Position numbers and translations under genes: made by a program | From: an uncultured Gemmatimonadales bacterium | GTDB taxonomy: Bacteria > Gemmatimonadota > Gemmatimonadetes > Longimicrobiales > Gaopeijiaceae | Length of the DNA stretch: 64,000 nt | Assembly (NCBI GenBank): GCA_963823035.1 | Contig: CAWGKG010000018.1 | Coordinates: 160,001 to 224,000, forward strand | Direction: 5' to 3' | Notes under the pieces: generated by a model | The model's database searches: none | What the model saw: the letters and a program-made list of their open reading frames with translations, nothing else | What the model was told of the DNA's origin: nothing | Shown: one piece after another, positions 47,313 through 58,074 of the stretch | Numbering within the stretch: the stretch's first letter is position 1 | Layout: each line of letters opens with the position of its first letter

Positions 47313-47791
47313 CGTGCACTCTCCCGCCATAGACCGGTGAGCGCCAGGAGGACGATCGCGGTCGCCGCCGCATAGACGCCGCCGAGGAGCCCCTGCGTCA
47401 CCACCTGCTCCAGGAAGGGCGGGCGGAGCGACTCCGCGGTCGCCATCCAGCGGATCAGGTCACGCAGGAGCTTCCCCGCCACGAAATACGAGACGCGGAA
47501 GACCAACGAGTCCCCGACGAAGAGGTCGCGGGTCGCCGCGCCGGCCGTGCCGATGAGCGCCATCGCGAGGCCGTTGGCCCCGAACGACAGCATGCTCAGG
47601 GAGTCCTCCATCAGCCCGAAGAGCAGCCCGATCCCGGCGGCCGTGCCCACCCCAACCTCGCGCGCCGCGATGAGCACCGCCACCGTGAGCAGGTCCGGGG
47701 CGGACGCGCCCAGCCCCAGGCCGACGTGCAGGAGGAAGTGGACCACGAAGAGCGCGACCACCATGATCCATACGCCGGGGGACCTCACCAT
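47309..47791 (-). CDS. mreD: Rod shape-determining protein MreD
   Basis: Hydrophobic, PDLL, GLMEDSL; lies between mreC and mrdA. Confidence 0.88.
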   Translation of the reverse strand: MVRSPGVWIMVVALFVVHFLLHVGLGLGASAPDLLTVAVLIAAREVGVGTAAGIGLLFGLMEDSLSMLSFGANGLAMALIGTAGAATRDLFVGDSLVFRVSYFVAGKLLRDLIRWMATAESLRPPFLEQVVTQGLLGGVYAAATAIVLLALTGLWRESAR

Positions 47792-48771
47792 CCGGCCCCC
47801 CCCGCCGAGTCCCGGCGCTGAAGGCGCTGGAGCCGGGCGCGCAGGACGAGGACGCTGTCCGTGACCGCGGCCACGCTGTCCGCCAGGCTTCGCTGGTGCA
47901 GGATCGCCTCGCGGCGCGTGAGGATGGAGTCTGCGGGCCATGCCGACGCCAGGTCGGTGGCCGTCTCACCGACCGCCACCAGGACGTGGGTCACCGAAGC
48001 CGGCTCCACCATGGGCAGCAGCCAGTAGCTCTTGCGCCATCGTCCCTCGACCTCGGCGATGCCGGCGATCCTCCCGATCGGGATGCCTCGCGGGAAGACG
48101 CCGCCCAGCCCGGAGGTGAGCACGGCCACGCCGCTGGGCACCGACTCGTAGTAGGCCGTACCGTTGAGCACCAGGCGGTCCGCCTCCCGGAAGTCGCCGC
48201 GACGGTTCTCCACGATCCCGAAGCCCGTGCCGTCCGCGAGCATCGCGCTGGCGCGGAAGTCCGGGTGCGTCCAGTCCATCGCCACGGACATCCCCGGACG
48301 GGCCTCGCGGATCACGCCGACCAAGCCGTGGCGATCGATCACCGGGGCACCCTCGCGCACGCCGTCCTCCGTGCCGCGGTCGACGAAGAAGAGGCTTTCG
48401 GACCCCTGCGTCCCGGGCCTCAGCACCGAGGCCGGGAGGAAGGACGGTCCAACGCGGCTCCTCAGGTCGAGCAGGCTGCGCAGCGTACGGTTCTCGTCGC
48501 GCACCGCCTCCTGCGTGGCGAGGGACGCGGTGAGGGAGTCCATCTCGGCCTGGAGACGCGCGACGCCGCGGGCGCGCTGCCGGGCGTGCACCAGCCGCTC
48601 CTGGGTGGCCGTGAACGGAAGGAGGACCGTGGCGCGCAGCGCCCACCCCATGCGCTCCTGCGCCGGGTGGGGGAGGTAGAGGAGGGTGAGGGCGATCGCG
48701 AGGAAGACCCCGGCCAACACGATCTGGCGCTGGCCGACGGCGACCTCGGGCTCGGGGGCATAGGGAGGCAC
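47785..48771 (-). CDS. mreC: Rod shape-determining protein MreC
   Basis: TM, coiled coil ENRTLRSLL, GLVG, TSGLGGVFPRGIPIG. Confidence 0.92.
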   Translation of the reverse strand: MPPYAPEPEVAVGQRQIVLAGVFLAIALTLLYLPHPAQERMGWALRATVLLPFTATQERLVHARQRARGVARLQAEMDSLTASLATQEAVRDENRTLRSLLDLRSRVGPSFLPASVLRPGTQGSESLFFVDRGTEDGVREGAPVIDRHGLVGVIREARPGMSVAMDWTHPDFRASAMLADGTGFGIVENRRGDFREADRLVLNGTAYYESVPSGVAVLTSGLGGVFPRGIPIGRIAGIAEVEGRWRKSYWLLPMVEPASVTHVLVAVGETATDLASAWPADSILTRREAILHQRSLADSVAAVTDSVLVLRARLQRLQRRDSAGGAGW

Positions 48772-48790
48772 GCTCCGATCCCCTCAGGAC

Positions 48791-49837
48791 CTACTGTACG
48801 AGGACGGAGCGGTACTTCTGCATGTCGTCGAGAATCCGCCCCGCGCCCCGCACGACGCACGTGAGGGGCTCCTCGTCCACGTGGATGGGGAGGTTGGTCT
48901 CGTGCTGGAGGAGCCGGTCGAGGCCGCGGATGAGGGCGCCGCCGCCCGTCATGACGATGCCGCGGTCCACGATGTCGGAGGACAGCTCGGGCGGGGTGAT
49001 CTCCAGCGCCCGGCGCACCGCCTCGACGATCGCCTGGATGGGCTCCTGGATGCACTCCCGGATCTCCTGCGAATGGACCGTGACGGTCTTCGGGATCCCG
49101 CTGACCAGGTCGCGGCCCTTCACCTCCATCTGGCGCTCTTCACCGAAATCGAACGCGGAGCCGATCTGGATCTTGATGGCCTCCGCCGTGGGCTCGCCGA
49201 TGAGCAGGTTGTAGTTCTTGCGCAGGAAGGTGACGATGGCCGTATCCAACTCGTCGCCGCCGACGCGGATCGAGGTGTTGGACACGATCCCCGAGAGCGC
49301 GATCACCGCGATCTCGGTGGTGCCGCCGCCGATGTCGATCACCATGTTCCCGGTGGGCGTCTCCACCGGGAGGCCGACGCCGATGGCAGCCGCCATCGGT
49401 TCGTCCACCATGTAGACAGCCTTCGCCCCGGCGGCCATCGCGGAGGAGCGTACGGCGCGCCGCTCCAGCTCGGTGATCCCCGAGGGGACGCCCACGACCA
49501 CGCGCGGCTTGATGCGGAACACGCGCTTCGCCGTGACGTGCTTGAGGAAGTGCCGGAGCATCATCTCCGTCACGTCGACGTCGGCGATCACCCCGTCCTT
49601 GAGCGGGCGGATGGCTTCGATGCCCTCGGGCGTGCGGCCGAGCATGCGCTTGGCCTCCAGCCCGATGCCCATGATCCGCCTGGAGCTGCCCCTCTGGACG
49701 GCGACCACGGAGGGCTCGTTGAGGACGATCCCCTCGCCCTTCACGTACACGAGGGTGTTCGCCGTGCCCAGGTCGACGGCGATGTCGTTGACGGGGACGA
49801 GGCGCCCCGAGCTGAACCAGCTGCTCAGACCAGACAA
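48791..49837 (-). CDS. mreB: Actin-like rod shape-determining protein MreB
   Basis: DLGTANT, EPSVVA, RPLKDGVIAD, EPMAAAIG, DIGGGTTE, TGGGAL. Confidence 0.97.
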   Translation of the reverse strand: MSGLSSWFSSGRLVPVNDIAVDLGTANTLVYVKGEGIVLNEPSVVAVQRGSSRRIMGIGLEAKRMLGRTPEGIEAIRPLKDGVIADVDVTEMMLRHFLKHVTAKRVFRIKPRVVVGVPSGITELERRAVRSSAMAAGAKAVYMVDEPMAAAIGVGLPVETPTGNMVIDIGGGTTEIAVIALSGIVSNTSIRVGGDELDTAIVTFLRKNYNLLIGEPTAEAIKIQIGSAFDFGEERQMEVKGRDLVSGIPKTVTVHSQEIRECIQEPIQAIVEAVRRALEITPPELSSDIVDRGIVMTGGGALIRGLDRLLQHETNLPIHVDEEPLTCVVRGAGRILDDMQKYRSVLVQ

Positions 49838-49951
49838 GGCTCGGCTTTCAACCGCAGGAAAGGGGCCCGACGCGGACCCGTGAACATACGTTTACAATAC
49901 CGCACAGACCAGCCCGTTCGTGCAAGAACGAGACCGTTGGGGCGTGTCGCG

Positions 49952-50449
49952 TCACGCCACACCCGTACTCCCGAAACCTCCCTCGCCCCGCGCCGTCTCG
50001 GAGATCTCCGTGGCCTCCTCGACCTCGGGCACTTCGAAGCGGGCGAACACCAACTGGGCGATGCGCTCGCCCCGCGCCAGAGCCACGGGCGCGGAGCCGA
50101 GATTCTGCATGATGATGCGCAACTCGCCCCGGTAGTCCGGGTCGATCGTGCCCGGACTGTTCGGAAGCGTCACGCCGTGACGCAAGGCGAGGCCCGACCT
50201 GGGTCGCACCTGACACTCGACGCCTTCGGGAAGCTCCATCACGAGTCCCGTTCCCACAAGTCGGATTTCGCCCGGCTGCAGGGTCACCTCGGTCTCGGCC
50301 GAACGGATGTCGTAGCCGGCGGCGTGCGCGGTGGCGCGCGCGGGGAGCGGGAGATCCGGGTTGGACTCGAGCCGCCGGAAGCGGACCCGGGGGCGGGGTC
50401 TTGCCCCGCCCCCGGAGAGAGCGTCCTGGGATGCCCTCGGCTCCGTCAC
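49952..50449 (-). CDS. dut: dUTP diphosphatase
   Basis: [44 protein letters not shown]. Confidence 0.96.
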   Translation of the reverse strand: MTEPRASQDALSGGGARPRPRVRFRRLESNPDLPLPARATAHAAGYDIRSAETEVTLQPGEIRLVGTGLVMELPEGVECQVRPRSGLALRHGVTLPNSPGTIDPDYRGELRIIMQNLGSAPVALARGERIAQLVFARFEVPEVEEATEISETARGEGGFGSTGVA

Positions 50450-51576
50450 GCCTTCTGGGCGCCCATCAGGAAATCGTCGATGTTGCGGCACTCCATGCCG
50501 AACGCCTCGGCGACGCCGGCATAGGTGACGTGACCGTCGACGGCGTTCACGCCCAACTTGAGCGACTTGTCATCCATGCACGCCTTCTTCCACCCCTTGC
50601 CGGCCAGTGCCATGGCGTAGGGGAGCGTGGCGTTGGTCAGCGCCAGCGTCGACGTGCGGGGCACGCCACCGGGCATGTTGGCGACCGCGTAGTGGATGAC
50701 GTTGTCGACCGTGTAGACCGGGTCGTGGTGCGTGGTCGGGTGGATCGTCTCGACACACCCGCCCTGGTCGACCGCCACGTCGGCGATCACCGTGCCCGGA
50801 CGCATGAGCTTCAGGTCGTCCTTGACGATCAGGTGGGGCGCCTTGGTGCCCGGGATCAGGACCGCGCCGATGATCAGGTCGGCATCCTCGACCTGCTTGC
50901 GGATCGCGTACCGCGTGCTGTACAGGCAGGTCACGTTGGCCGGCATGACGTCCGACAGGTAGCGCAGGCGGTTCAGGTTGATGTCCATGATCGCCACGCG
51001 CGCGCCCAGCCCGGCGGCCATCTTCGCGGCGTTGGTACCGACGACGCCGCCGCCCAGGATCAGGACCTTCCCCGGGAGCACGCCCGGCACGCCACCGAGC
51101 AGCACGCCCAGGCCGCCCTGCGGCTTCTCGAGGTACTTGGCGCCTTCCTGCACGGCCATGCGGCCGGCGACCTCGGACATCGGGGTCAGGAGGGGCAGCT
51201 CGCCCGAGGGCAGCTCGACGGTCTCGTAGGCGACCGCGATGGCCTTCGTATCGAGGAACGCCTTCGTGAGCTCCTCGTCGGCGGCGAAGTGGAAGTACGT
51301 GAAGAGAACCTGACCCTTCCGGATCTTCGGCCACTCGGGCCGGATGGGCTCCTTCACCTTCATGATCATCTCGGCGCGCTTCCACACCTCGTCCGAGGTC
51401 GAGACGATCTCGGCTCCGGCCGCCTCGTAGAAGTCGTCCGTGAAGCCGCTGCCTAGCCCGGCGTTGGTCTCGATGATGAGCTGGTGGCCCGCCTGAGTGA
51501 GCATCTCCGCACCAGCCGGTGTAAGCGCGACGCGGTATTCGTCGGGCTTGATCTCTTTGGGTACGCCGATGAGCAT
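50446..51576 (-). CDS. ald: Alanine dehydrogenase
   Basis: [54 protein letters not shown]. Confidence 0.96.
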   Translation of the reverse strand: MLIGVPKEIKPDEYRVALTPAGAEMLTQAGHQLIIETNAGLGSGFTDDFYEAAGAEIVSTSDEVWKRAEMIMKVKEPIRPEWPKIRKGQVLFTYFHFAADEELTKAFLDTKAIAVAYETVELPSGELPLLTPMSEVAGRMAVQEGAKYLEKPQGGLGVLLGGVPGVLPGKVLILGGGVVGTNAAKMAAGLGARVAIMDINLNRLRYLSDVMPANVTCLYSTRYAIRKQVEDADLIIGAVLIPGTKAPHLIVKDDLKLMRPGTVIADVAVDQGGCVETIHPTTHHDPVYTVDNVIHYAVANMPGGVPRTSTLALTNATLPYAMALAGKGWKKACMDDKSLKLGVNAVDGHVTYAGVAEAFGMECRNIDDFLMGAQKA

Positions 51577-51740
51577 GTCGATCTCGCTTGCGTAGGGTCC
51601 GAAGCGTGGGTTGTCAGGGGAGGGTCCAGGCGCCTGGACCGAGCCGTTCATCGGTGCAGGTCGCTGGAGAGCACCCCAAAGGTAGTGCTCCCCTTCCCCA
51701 AGATCCCAGCCCACCGCGCTCAGGAAATCCGCCGCCGCGC

Positions 51741-52961
51741 TCAGGCGGGCCCCAGACGCCAGATCAGGTGCCCGTCCGGGCGCAGATGGCGGGCCGCGAG
51801 ATCGGCCACTTCGTCGCCCGTGACGGCGTCCAGATGGGCCAGCAGCTCGTCCAGCCCGAGGAACGGCTCGTCGTGGAGGGCGAAGGCCGTGAGGCGGTAG
51901 AGGCGCGCGGACGTCGACTCGAGCGAGAGCATCACCTGGCCCTTCACCTGCTGCTTCGCCTGCTCCAGCTCCTCTCGGGGAAGGCCCTCCGCCGCCACAC
52001 GCTCCAGCTCGACGCGTACCGCCTCCACCGCGCGCTCTTCCGTGGCCGGACGGGTACCCACGTACACGCCCCCGACACCGGCTCCCCGGTAGAACGACTG
52101 GTAGGTGTAGATCGAGTAGCAGAGCGCCAACTCCTCGCGCACCCGCTGGAAGAGCCTCGAGCTCATCCCCCCGCCCATGGCGGAGGAGAGGAGGATCAGG
52201 CCGTAGCGGGCGGGGTCGGCGTGCGGGGGAAGCGCGGTCCCGAACACCACGTGCGACTGTGCCGTGTCCCGCACCGTGCGCTCGTCACCGACCCGGGGGG
52301 CGCCCGGCGTGGCGATCGGCTGGGGCGGGTCCCCCGCGTCCAGCGTCCCGAACAGCCGGGCGACGTCCTCCAGGAAGACATCGTGACGGAGGTTGCCCGC
52401 GCCGGCGACGATGAGGTTCCGGCCCCGGTAGTACCGGCCGTGCAACGCGCGCAGGGCCTCGAGCGGCATGCCGGCCACCGTTTCGGTCGAGCCGAGGATC
52501 GAGCGTCCGTAGGGGTGGTCGCCCCACAGACGCTCTCCGTGGAGCTCGAACACCAGATCGTCCGGGGTGTCTTCGACCTCCGCGATCTCCTCCAACACCA
52601 CCTCGCGTTCGAGCGCCAGGTCGTCCTCGCGCAGGGTGGGCTCCCGCACCAGGTCGGCGAGGACGTCCAAGGCGAGGGGGAGGTGCGCATCGAGGACGCG
52701 TGCCTGGAACCCCGTGTGCTCGCGGCTGGTGTAGGCATCCAGAGAGCCGCCGACACTCTCCAGGGAGAGGGCGATCTCGCGAGCGCTCCGCCGGTGCGTC
52801 CCCTTGAAGACGAGGTGCTCCAGGAGGTGGCTCGCCCCGGCGACCGCGTCCGCGTCGTGCGCGGCGCCATGCCGGACCCACACGCCCACGGAGGCCGAGC
52901 GCACGCCCGGGATGCGCTCCGTGAGGACGCGCACGCCGTTGTCGAGGAGCGTCTCGGCCAT
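51741..52961 (-). CDS. M16 (pitrilysin/insulinase) family peptidase
   Basis: HLLEH inverted zinc motif, FKGT, AYTSRE, GGGMSSRLFQRVRE..LCY. Start uncertain. Confidence 0.9.
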   Translation of the reverse strand: MAETLLDNGVRVLTERIPGVRSASVGVWVRHGAAHDADAVAGASHLLEHLVFKGTHRRSAREIALSLESVGGSLDAYTSREHTGFQARVLDAHLPLALDVLADLVREPTLREDDLALEREVVLEEIAEVEDTPDDLVFELHGERLWGDHPYGRSILGSTETVAGMPLEALRALHGRYYRGRNLIVAGAGNLRHDVFLEDVARLFGTLDAGDPPQPIATPGAPRVGDERTVRDTAQSHVVFGTALPPHADPARYGLILLSSAMGGGMSSRLFQRVREELALCYSIYTYQSFYRGAGVGGVYVGTRPATEERAVEAVRVELERVAAEGLPREELEQAKQQVKGQVMLSLESTSARLYRLTAFALHDEPFLGLDELLAHLDAVTGDEVADLAARHLRPDGHLIWRLGPA

Positions 52962-53065
52962 CGTACCGGCACCGACGACGCCCTCCTCCTCCCGCCCCGA
53001 CGACGAGGAGGGCACGGGCCGAAGCCCGCGCCCTCCCGTGTCCTTCGCCCGCCGCCGCGCGTTCG

Positions 53066-55210
53066 TCAGGCTTCGGCTCCCGCCGTGGCCTCGGTGGCCT
53101 CCGCCGGGGCACCGCCAGCTTCCTCCGCGAGCGCCGCCTTGCGCGACAGGCGCAGCCGGCCCTTCTCGTCGATCGAGAGGAGCTTGACCTTGGTGATGTC
53201 GCCCTTCTTGAGGACGTCCTCGGTCCTCTCCGTGCGCTTCTCCTGCAACTCGGAGATGTGGCACAGCCCCTCGACCCCGGGGATGATCTCGACGAACGCG
53301 CCGAAGGTGGTGGTGTTCTTCACCGGCCCCTCGTAGATGCGACCGACCTCGGGCTCCTGGCAGATGGCCTCGATCATCTCGCGGGCGCGCGCACCGGCCT
53401 CGCCGGAGACGGCCGCGATCTTCACCAGACCGGAGTCGTCGATGTCGATCGTGGCGCCGGACTCGTCCTGGATCGCGCGGATGGTCTTGCCCTTCGGCCC
53501 GATGATCTCGCCGATCTTCTCCGGGTTGATCTGGATGGAGACGATGCGCGGCGCGTAGTCCGAAAGGTCACTGCGCGGCTGGCCGAGGGCCTGGTCCATG
53601 ATGTCCAGAATGTGCATCCGGCCCTTGTTGGCACGCTCCAGCGCCTCCTTCATGATCGCGACGTTCAGGCCCTCGATCTTGATGTCCATCTGGATGGACG
53701 TGACGCCCTTGCGCGTGCCGGCGACCTTGAAGTCCATGTCGCCGAGCGCATCCTCCAGCCCGAGGATGTCGGTCAGTACGGCGACGCGGTCGCCCTCCTT
53801 GATCAGTCCCATCGCCACGCCCGCGCAGGCAGCCTTGATCGGCACGCCGGCGTCCATGAGCGAGAGGGAGGAGCCGCACACGGTCGCCATGGACGACGAG
53901 CCGTTGGACTCGAGGATGTCCGATACGATGCGGATCGTGTAGGGAAAGTCCTCATAGGCGGGCAGCAGCGGCTGGATCGCCCGCTCCGCCAGGTTCCCGT
54001 GACCGATCTCGCGCCGTGACGTCCCCCGGAACGGGCGCGCCTCGCCGACCGAGAAGGGCGGGAAGTTGTAGTGGAGCATGAACGACTTCGTGACCTCCTC
54101 ACGGGAGTCGATCGAGTCGATCCGCTGCTCGTCGCGCGACGTGCCGAGCGTGACCGCGGCCAGCGCCTGCGTCTGCCCGCGCGTGAACAGCGCAGAGCCG
54201 TGCGTGCGCGGAAGCACGCCCACCTCGCACGTGATCGGCCGGATCTCGTCGAGCGAGCGGCCGTCGGCGCGCTCGCCCTTCGACAGGATCTGCTCGCGCA
54301 TCGTCTTCTTCTCGATGCCGCGCAGGATCTCTCCGACGTCCTTCTGGTGCTCCACCCACTCGTCGTCCTCCTCCACGAGCTGGCCGACCACGTCCTCCTT
54401 CAGCGCCGCCATCGCCTGCTGGCGCTCCTGCTTGTCGACGAGGTTGAGCGCCTCCTCGACGCGCGCCGCCGCCAGCCCCTCGACCTTCGTCTTGAGGTCG
54501 GCGGACGGGAGCGTGGGCGTCCAGTCCATGTCGGGCACGCGCAGGTCGGCCAGGAGCTCATCCTGGATCGCGCACAGCTCGCGGATCCCCTCGTGGGCGA
54601 CCTCGAGACCCTCGAGGATCACCTCCTCGGCGACCTCGATCGCACCGCCCTCCACCATCAGGATCGCGTCCTTCGTGCCCGCCACCGTGATGTCGAGCTC
54701 GGAGTACTCGAGCTGCTGGAAGGTCGGGTTGAGGACCCACGTGTCCTTGATGCGCCCGATGCGCACCGCGGCGACCGTGTGGTTGAACGGGATCTTCGAC
54801 ATGTTCAACGCCACCGAGGCGCCGATCATGGCGAGCACGTCCGCGTTGTTCTCCTGGTCCGCGGACAGGATGAAGCACGCGATCTGCGTCTCGTACATGA
54901 ACCCGTCCGGGAAGAGCGGCCGGATGGGCCGGTCGATCTGCCGGGCAGACAGGATCTCGTTCTCTCCAGGACGGCCTTCCCGCTTGAAGAAGCCGCCGGG
55001 GATCTTCCCGGCCGCGTAGGTCTTCTCGCGGTACTCGACCGTCAGGGGGAAGAACGGGAGGTGCGTCGGCTTGTCGTCGACGACCGCGGTGCACAGCACG
55101 ACGGTGTCGCCGTACTGCACCAGGCAGGAGCCGTGGGCCAGTCGGGCCATGCGGCCGATCTCGAGCGACAGCGTCCTACCTGCGAACTGGCGCTCCATTC
55201 TCTGGATCAT
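53066..55210 (-). CDS. pnp: Polyribonucleotide nucleotidyltransferase
   Basis: FFPLTVEY, GKIPGGFFKREG, HGSALFTRGQTQ, RREIGHG, SNGSSSMA, GDMDFKVAG, KH and S1 domains. Confidence 0.98.
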   Translation of the reverse strand: MIQRMERQFAGRTLSLEIGRMARLAHGSCLVQYGDTVVLCTAVVDDKPTHLPFFPLTVEYREKTYAAGKIPGGFFKREGRPGENEILSARQIDRPIRPLFPDGFMYETQIACFILSADQENNADVLAMIGASVALNMSKIPFNHTVAAVRIGRIKDTWVLNPTFQQLEYSELDITVAGTKDAILMVEGGAIEVAEEVILEGLEVAHEGIRELCAIQDELLADLRVPDMDWTPTLPSADLKTKVEGLAAARVEEALNLVDKQERQQAMAALKEDVVGQLVEEDDEWVEHQKDVGEILRGIEKKTMREQILSKGERADGRSLDEIRPITCEVGVLPRTHGSALFTRGQTQALAAVTLGTSRDEQRIDSIDSREEVTKSFMLHYNFPPFSVGEARPFRGTSRREIGHGNLAERAIQPLLPAYEDFPYTIRIVSDILESNGSSSMATVCGSSLSLMDAGVPIKAACAGVAMGLIKEGDRVAVLTDILGLEDALGDMDFKVAGTRKGVTSIQMDIKIEGLNVAIMKEALERANKGRMHILDIMDQALGQPRSDLSDYAPRIVSIQINPEKIGEIIGPKGKTIRAIQDESGATIDIDDSGLVKIAAVSGEAGARAREMIEAICQEPEVGRIYEGPVKNTTTFGAFVEIIPGVEGLCHISELQEKRTERTEDVLKKGDITKVKLLSIDEKGRLRLSRKAALAEEAGGAPAEATEATAGAEA

Positions 55211-55263
55211 CTCTTTCTCTCACTCACTTCGGTTTCGGGCCCGATCGGGCCCATGGATTGACA

Positions 55264-55402
55264 TGCCGAAGCGACGCGCGGTGACGGAGGAGAGAGCGAC
55301 CGCCGCCAGGGGCACCCGGGCGCGTGAGCGTCCGCGTGGCCCGTGCTGCAGCCGGGTCGTGGGTTGAGGCCGTCTCTCGTCCGAGGCTACGTGCATTCGG
55401 CA
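55264..55402 (-). promoter_or_regulatory. Long imperfect hairpin in the pnp leader
   Basis: Nested complementary blocks TGCCGAA/TTCGGCA, CGGA/TCCG, GAGAGA/TCTCTC, ACCCGG/CCGGGT. Confidence 0.5.
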
Positions 55403-55520
55403 AACGGATGAGCGGCAATCGTCCCGTAGACGACCGCCGCCCGGGGTACCCGCCCTCGGCGCGTCGATGGCGCATGGGCGCGTCGTACGCGCCGCCGGGG
55501 CAGGAAAGGGCGCCACCCGA

Positions 55521-55781
55521 TCAGTGGCGTAGACCGAGGTCCGCGATGAGCCCGCGGTAGCGCTCGACGTCGGTGCGCCGCAGGTACTCGAGGAGGCGCC
55601 GGCGCCGGCCGACCATCTTGAGGAGGCCGCGGCGACTGTGGTGGTCCTTCTTGTGGGCGTCGAAATGGCTCCGAAGGTGGTCGATGCGCGCCGTAAGGAG
55701 CGCGATCTGGACCGGGGCGCTCCCACGGTCCCCTTCGTGGAGCTGGTGCTTCTTGATGACTTCTTCCTTGACGATCGGCAT
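55521..55781 (-). CDS. rpsO: 30S ribosomal protein S15
   Basis: [39 protein letters not shown]. Confidence 0.97.
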   Translation of the reverse strand: MPIVKEEVIKKHQLHEGDRGSAPVQIALLTARIDHLRSHFDAHKKDHHSRRGLLKMVGRRRRLLEYLRRTDVERYRGLIADLGLRH

Positions 55782-55850
55782 GGGCCGTCGTGCCTCCGCG
55801 AGAGTCTGTGCTGCAAGGGAAGCCGAGCTTCATGAACTAAGCCTGGTAAG

Positions 55851-56804
55851 CTAGCTCAAGTCGCCCTCGCGGTCCAGAACTGCCCGAGCCACCTCGACGT
55901 CCTCGCGGATCTGGTCCACGAGCGCGCCGGCCGTCGAAAACGGTCGTACCTCGCGCAGGTACTCCACGAAATCGACGCGCACCTCCTCACCGTAGAGGTT
56001 CTGGTCCAGGTCCATCAGATGGAGCTCGATGGTGGGTGGAGAGCCCTTGAAGGTGGGTCGTGGCCCGATGTGGAGCGCGCCCTTGTGCGTGCCCGAGCGG
56101 AGCACCCCGCGCACCGCGTAGATCCCGGGCGGCGGGATGAGCTTGTCCGCGTTGGCCACCTTGAGGTTGGCCGTGGGGAAACCGAGCTGCCGGCCGCGTC
56201 CGTCTCCCCGCACCACCACGCCGCGCAGGGAGTAGGGCCGTCCGAGGCCGGCCCGCGCCTCGTCCATCCGCGCCTCGGTCACGGCGCGTCGTATGCGCGA
56301 GGAGGACACGGCGCCCCCTTCGGTCTCGACGGGCGGGACGACGTCCACCGCGAACCCCAGCTCGTCACCGATGGTGCGCAGCGTGTCCGCGTCGCCCGAG
56401 CGGTCGCGACCGAAACCGTGGTCGTACCCGATCACGAGCTCGCAGACACCCATGCGTTCGACCAGGATCTCCTCCACGAACCGGCGGGGCTCGTAGCGCG
56501 ACAGCGTCTCCGTGAAGGAGATGAAGACCGCGTAGTCGAGGCCGCTCTCGGCCAGGATCTCCTTCTTCTCCACCGGCGTGGTCAGCAGCGGCGGCGCGTG
56601 CTGCGGCCGGACGATGCGCAGCGGGTGGGGATCGAACGTGACGAGCACGCTGCTCCGACCCGTCGCGGCCGCTCTCTTCCGGATCTCCTGGAGGACCGCC
56701 CAGTGCCCGCGGTGCACCCCGTCGAACGTCCCGACCGTGACCACGGTACCTCTTCCGTCCGGGATCCCCGGCTCGTACGCCCACCGGACCCCCTCGTCAG
56801 CCAT
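55851..56804 (-). CDS. ribF: Bifunctional riboflavin kinase/FAD synthetase
   Basis: GTFDGVHRGH, TFDPHP, GYDHGFG, VSSSRIR, GRQLGFPTAN, LREVRPF. Confidence 0.96.
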   Translation of the reverse strand: MADEGVRWAYEPGIPDGRGTVVTVGTFDGVHRGHWAVLQEIRKRAAATGRSSVLVTFDPHPLRIVRPQHAPPLLTTPVEKKEILAESGLDYAVFISFTETLSRYEPRRFVEEILVERMGVCELVIGYDHGFGRDRSGDADTLRTIGDELGFAVDVVPPVETEGGAVSSSRIRRAVTEARMDEARAGLGRPYSLRGVVVRGDGRGRQLGFPTANLKVANADKLIPPPGIYAVRGVLRSGTHKGALHIGPRPTFKGSPPTIELHLMDLDQNLYGEEVRVDFVEYLREVRPFSTAGALVDQIREDVEVARAVLDREGDLS

Positions 56805-57681
56805 GGACGAACACCTTCCGTGGCAGGAAGGTGGCGTGGCGCACCTCGCCCACGGCGACGAGCGCGCCTTCGTGCGCCGCCGCGGTGGGCCCTCCGTCGG
56901 GCGCGCCCTCCACGGGCACCGCCTGGCCGTGGCCGATCGCCGCCACGCCGCCGGCATCGACCTCGACGCGGGGGAAGTGGCCGATGGCCGCGAGCGGGTC
57001 GATCCAGGCGGACGCGACCCTCGCCTCGTCCATCAACTCGTCCGGCCGCAGCGCACCCTCCACGGAGAACCCCCCGATCGCCGTACGCCGCAGGGCGGTC
57101 AGATGCGCACCCACGCCGAGCGCCTCCCCCATGTCTCGCGCGAGCGAGCGCACGTACGTCCCGCTCGAGCATCGTACACGCAGGTACGCGTCCGGCGCTT
57201 CGAAGCGAACCACCGTGAGCTCGTGGACGGTGACGGGCCGGGCCTCCAGCCGCACCTCCTCGCCGCGCCTGGCGCGCCGGTGGGCCGCTTCTCCGTCGAT
57301 CTTCTTGGCGCTGAAGCTGGGCGGCCGCTGTGCGATGGTGCCGCACAGGCCCGCGGCGGCGGCCTCCAGCGCTTCGAGCGTCACCTCCCGCCATGCCTCC
57401 GAGGTGGACACGACCCGTCCTTCCCGGTCCTCCGTGTCCGTGGCCACGCCGAGCCGGGCCGTGGCCTCGTACGTCTTGTCCATCCCCGTGAGGAACTCGG
57501 CCAGGCGGGTCGCCTGGCCGACGCACACCAGGAGGAGGCCCGACGCGAAGGGGTCGAGCGTGCCGGTGTGCCCCACGCGCCGCTCGCCGAGCGCCTTGCG
57601 TGTCGTCGCGACCACGTCGTGCGAGGTGGGTCCCTCGGGCTTGTCGAGCGGGAGGACGGCGTCGCGGGCGCGGGATGTCAC
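56797..57681 (-). CDS. truB: tRNA pseudouridine(55) synthase
   Basis: DKPEGPTSHD, VGHTGTLDPFASGLL, PPSFSAKK, CSSGTYVRSLARD. Confidence 0.96.
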   Translation of the reverse strand: MTSRARDAVLPLDKPEGPTSHDVVATTRKALGERRVGHTGTLDPFASGLLLVCVGQATRLAEFLTGMDKTYEATARLGVATDTEDREGRVVSTSEAWREVTLEALEAAAAGLCGTIAQRPPSFSAKKIDGEAAHRRARRGEEVRLEARPVTVHELTVVRFEAPDAYLRVRCSSGTYVRSLARDMGEALGVGAHLTALRRTAIGGFSVEGALRPDELMDEARVASAWIDPLAAIGHFPRVEVDAGGVAAIGHGQAVPVEGAPDGGPTAAAHEGALVAVGEVRHATFLPRKVFVHG

Positions 57682-58058
57682 GCCTCGGGCTCCGGGTCCG
57701 GCGGCTCGGCGTCGTCGGGGGGAAGCACCTCGTGCAGAATGCGCTCGATGCGCTGCGCCTGCTCGAAGGAGCGGTCCGGCTGGAAGCGCAGCTCCGGCAC
57801 CCGGCGGATGTGCAACTCCTGCCCGAGCGTCTTGCGCAGGAAGGGCGCCGCGGCCGCGAGCCCCTCCATCGCGGCGGCACGCTCCGCCTCCGTGCCCATC
57901 ATCCGGACGAAGACGCGCGCCGACCCGAGGTCGGCGGCCACCTCGACGCCGGTCACCGACACCATGCCGATGCGGGGGTCCCGTACCCCGGTCCGGAGGA
58001 GCCCGGCGATCTCCCGCTTGAGCTGCTCGTTGAGACGTGCGAGACGCTTGGAGGGCAT
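57678..58058 (-). CDS. rbfA: Ribosome-binding factor A
   Basis: RDPRIG.VSVTGV, DLGSARVFV, IRRVPELRF. Confidence 0.95.
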   Translation of the reverse strand: MPSKRLARLNEQLKREIAGLLRTGVRDPRIGMVSVTGVEVAADLGSARVFVRMMGTEAERAAAMEGLAAAAPFLRKTLGQELHIRRVPELRFQPDRSFEQAQRIERILHEVLPPDDAEPPDPEPEA

Positions 58059-58074
58059 GAGCTTTGAAGAGCCT

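Noticed and set aside
55782..55850. S15 autoregulatory leader upstream of rpsO
   Set aside because: The position is plausible, but I could not identify a supportable structure by eye.
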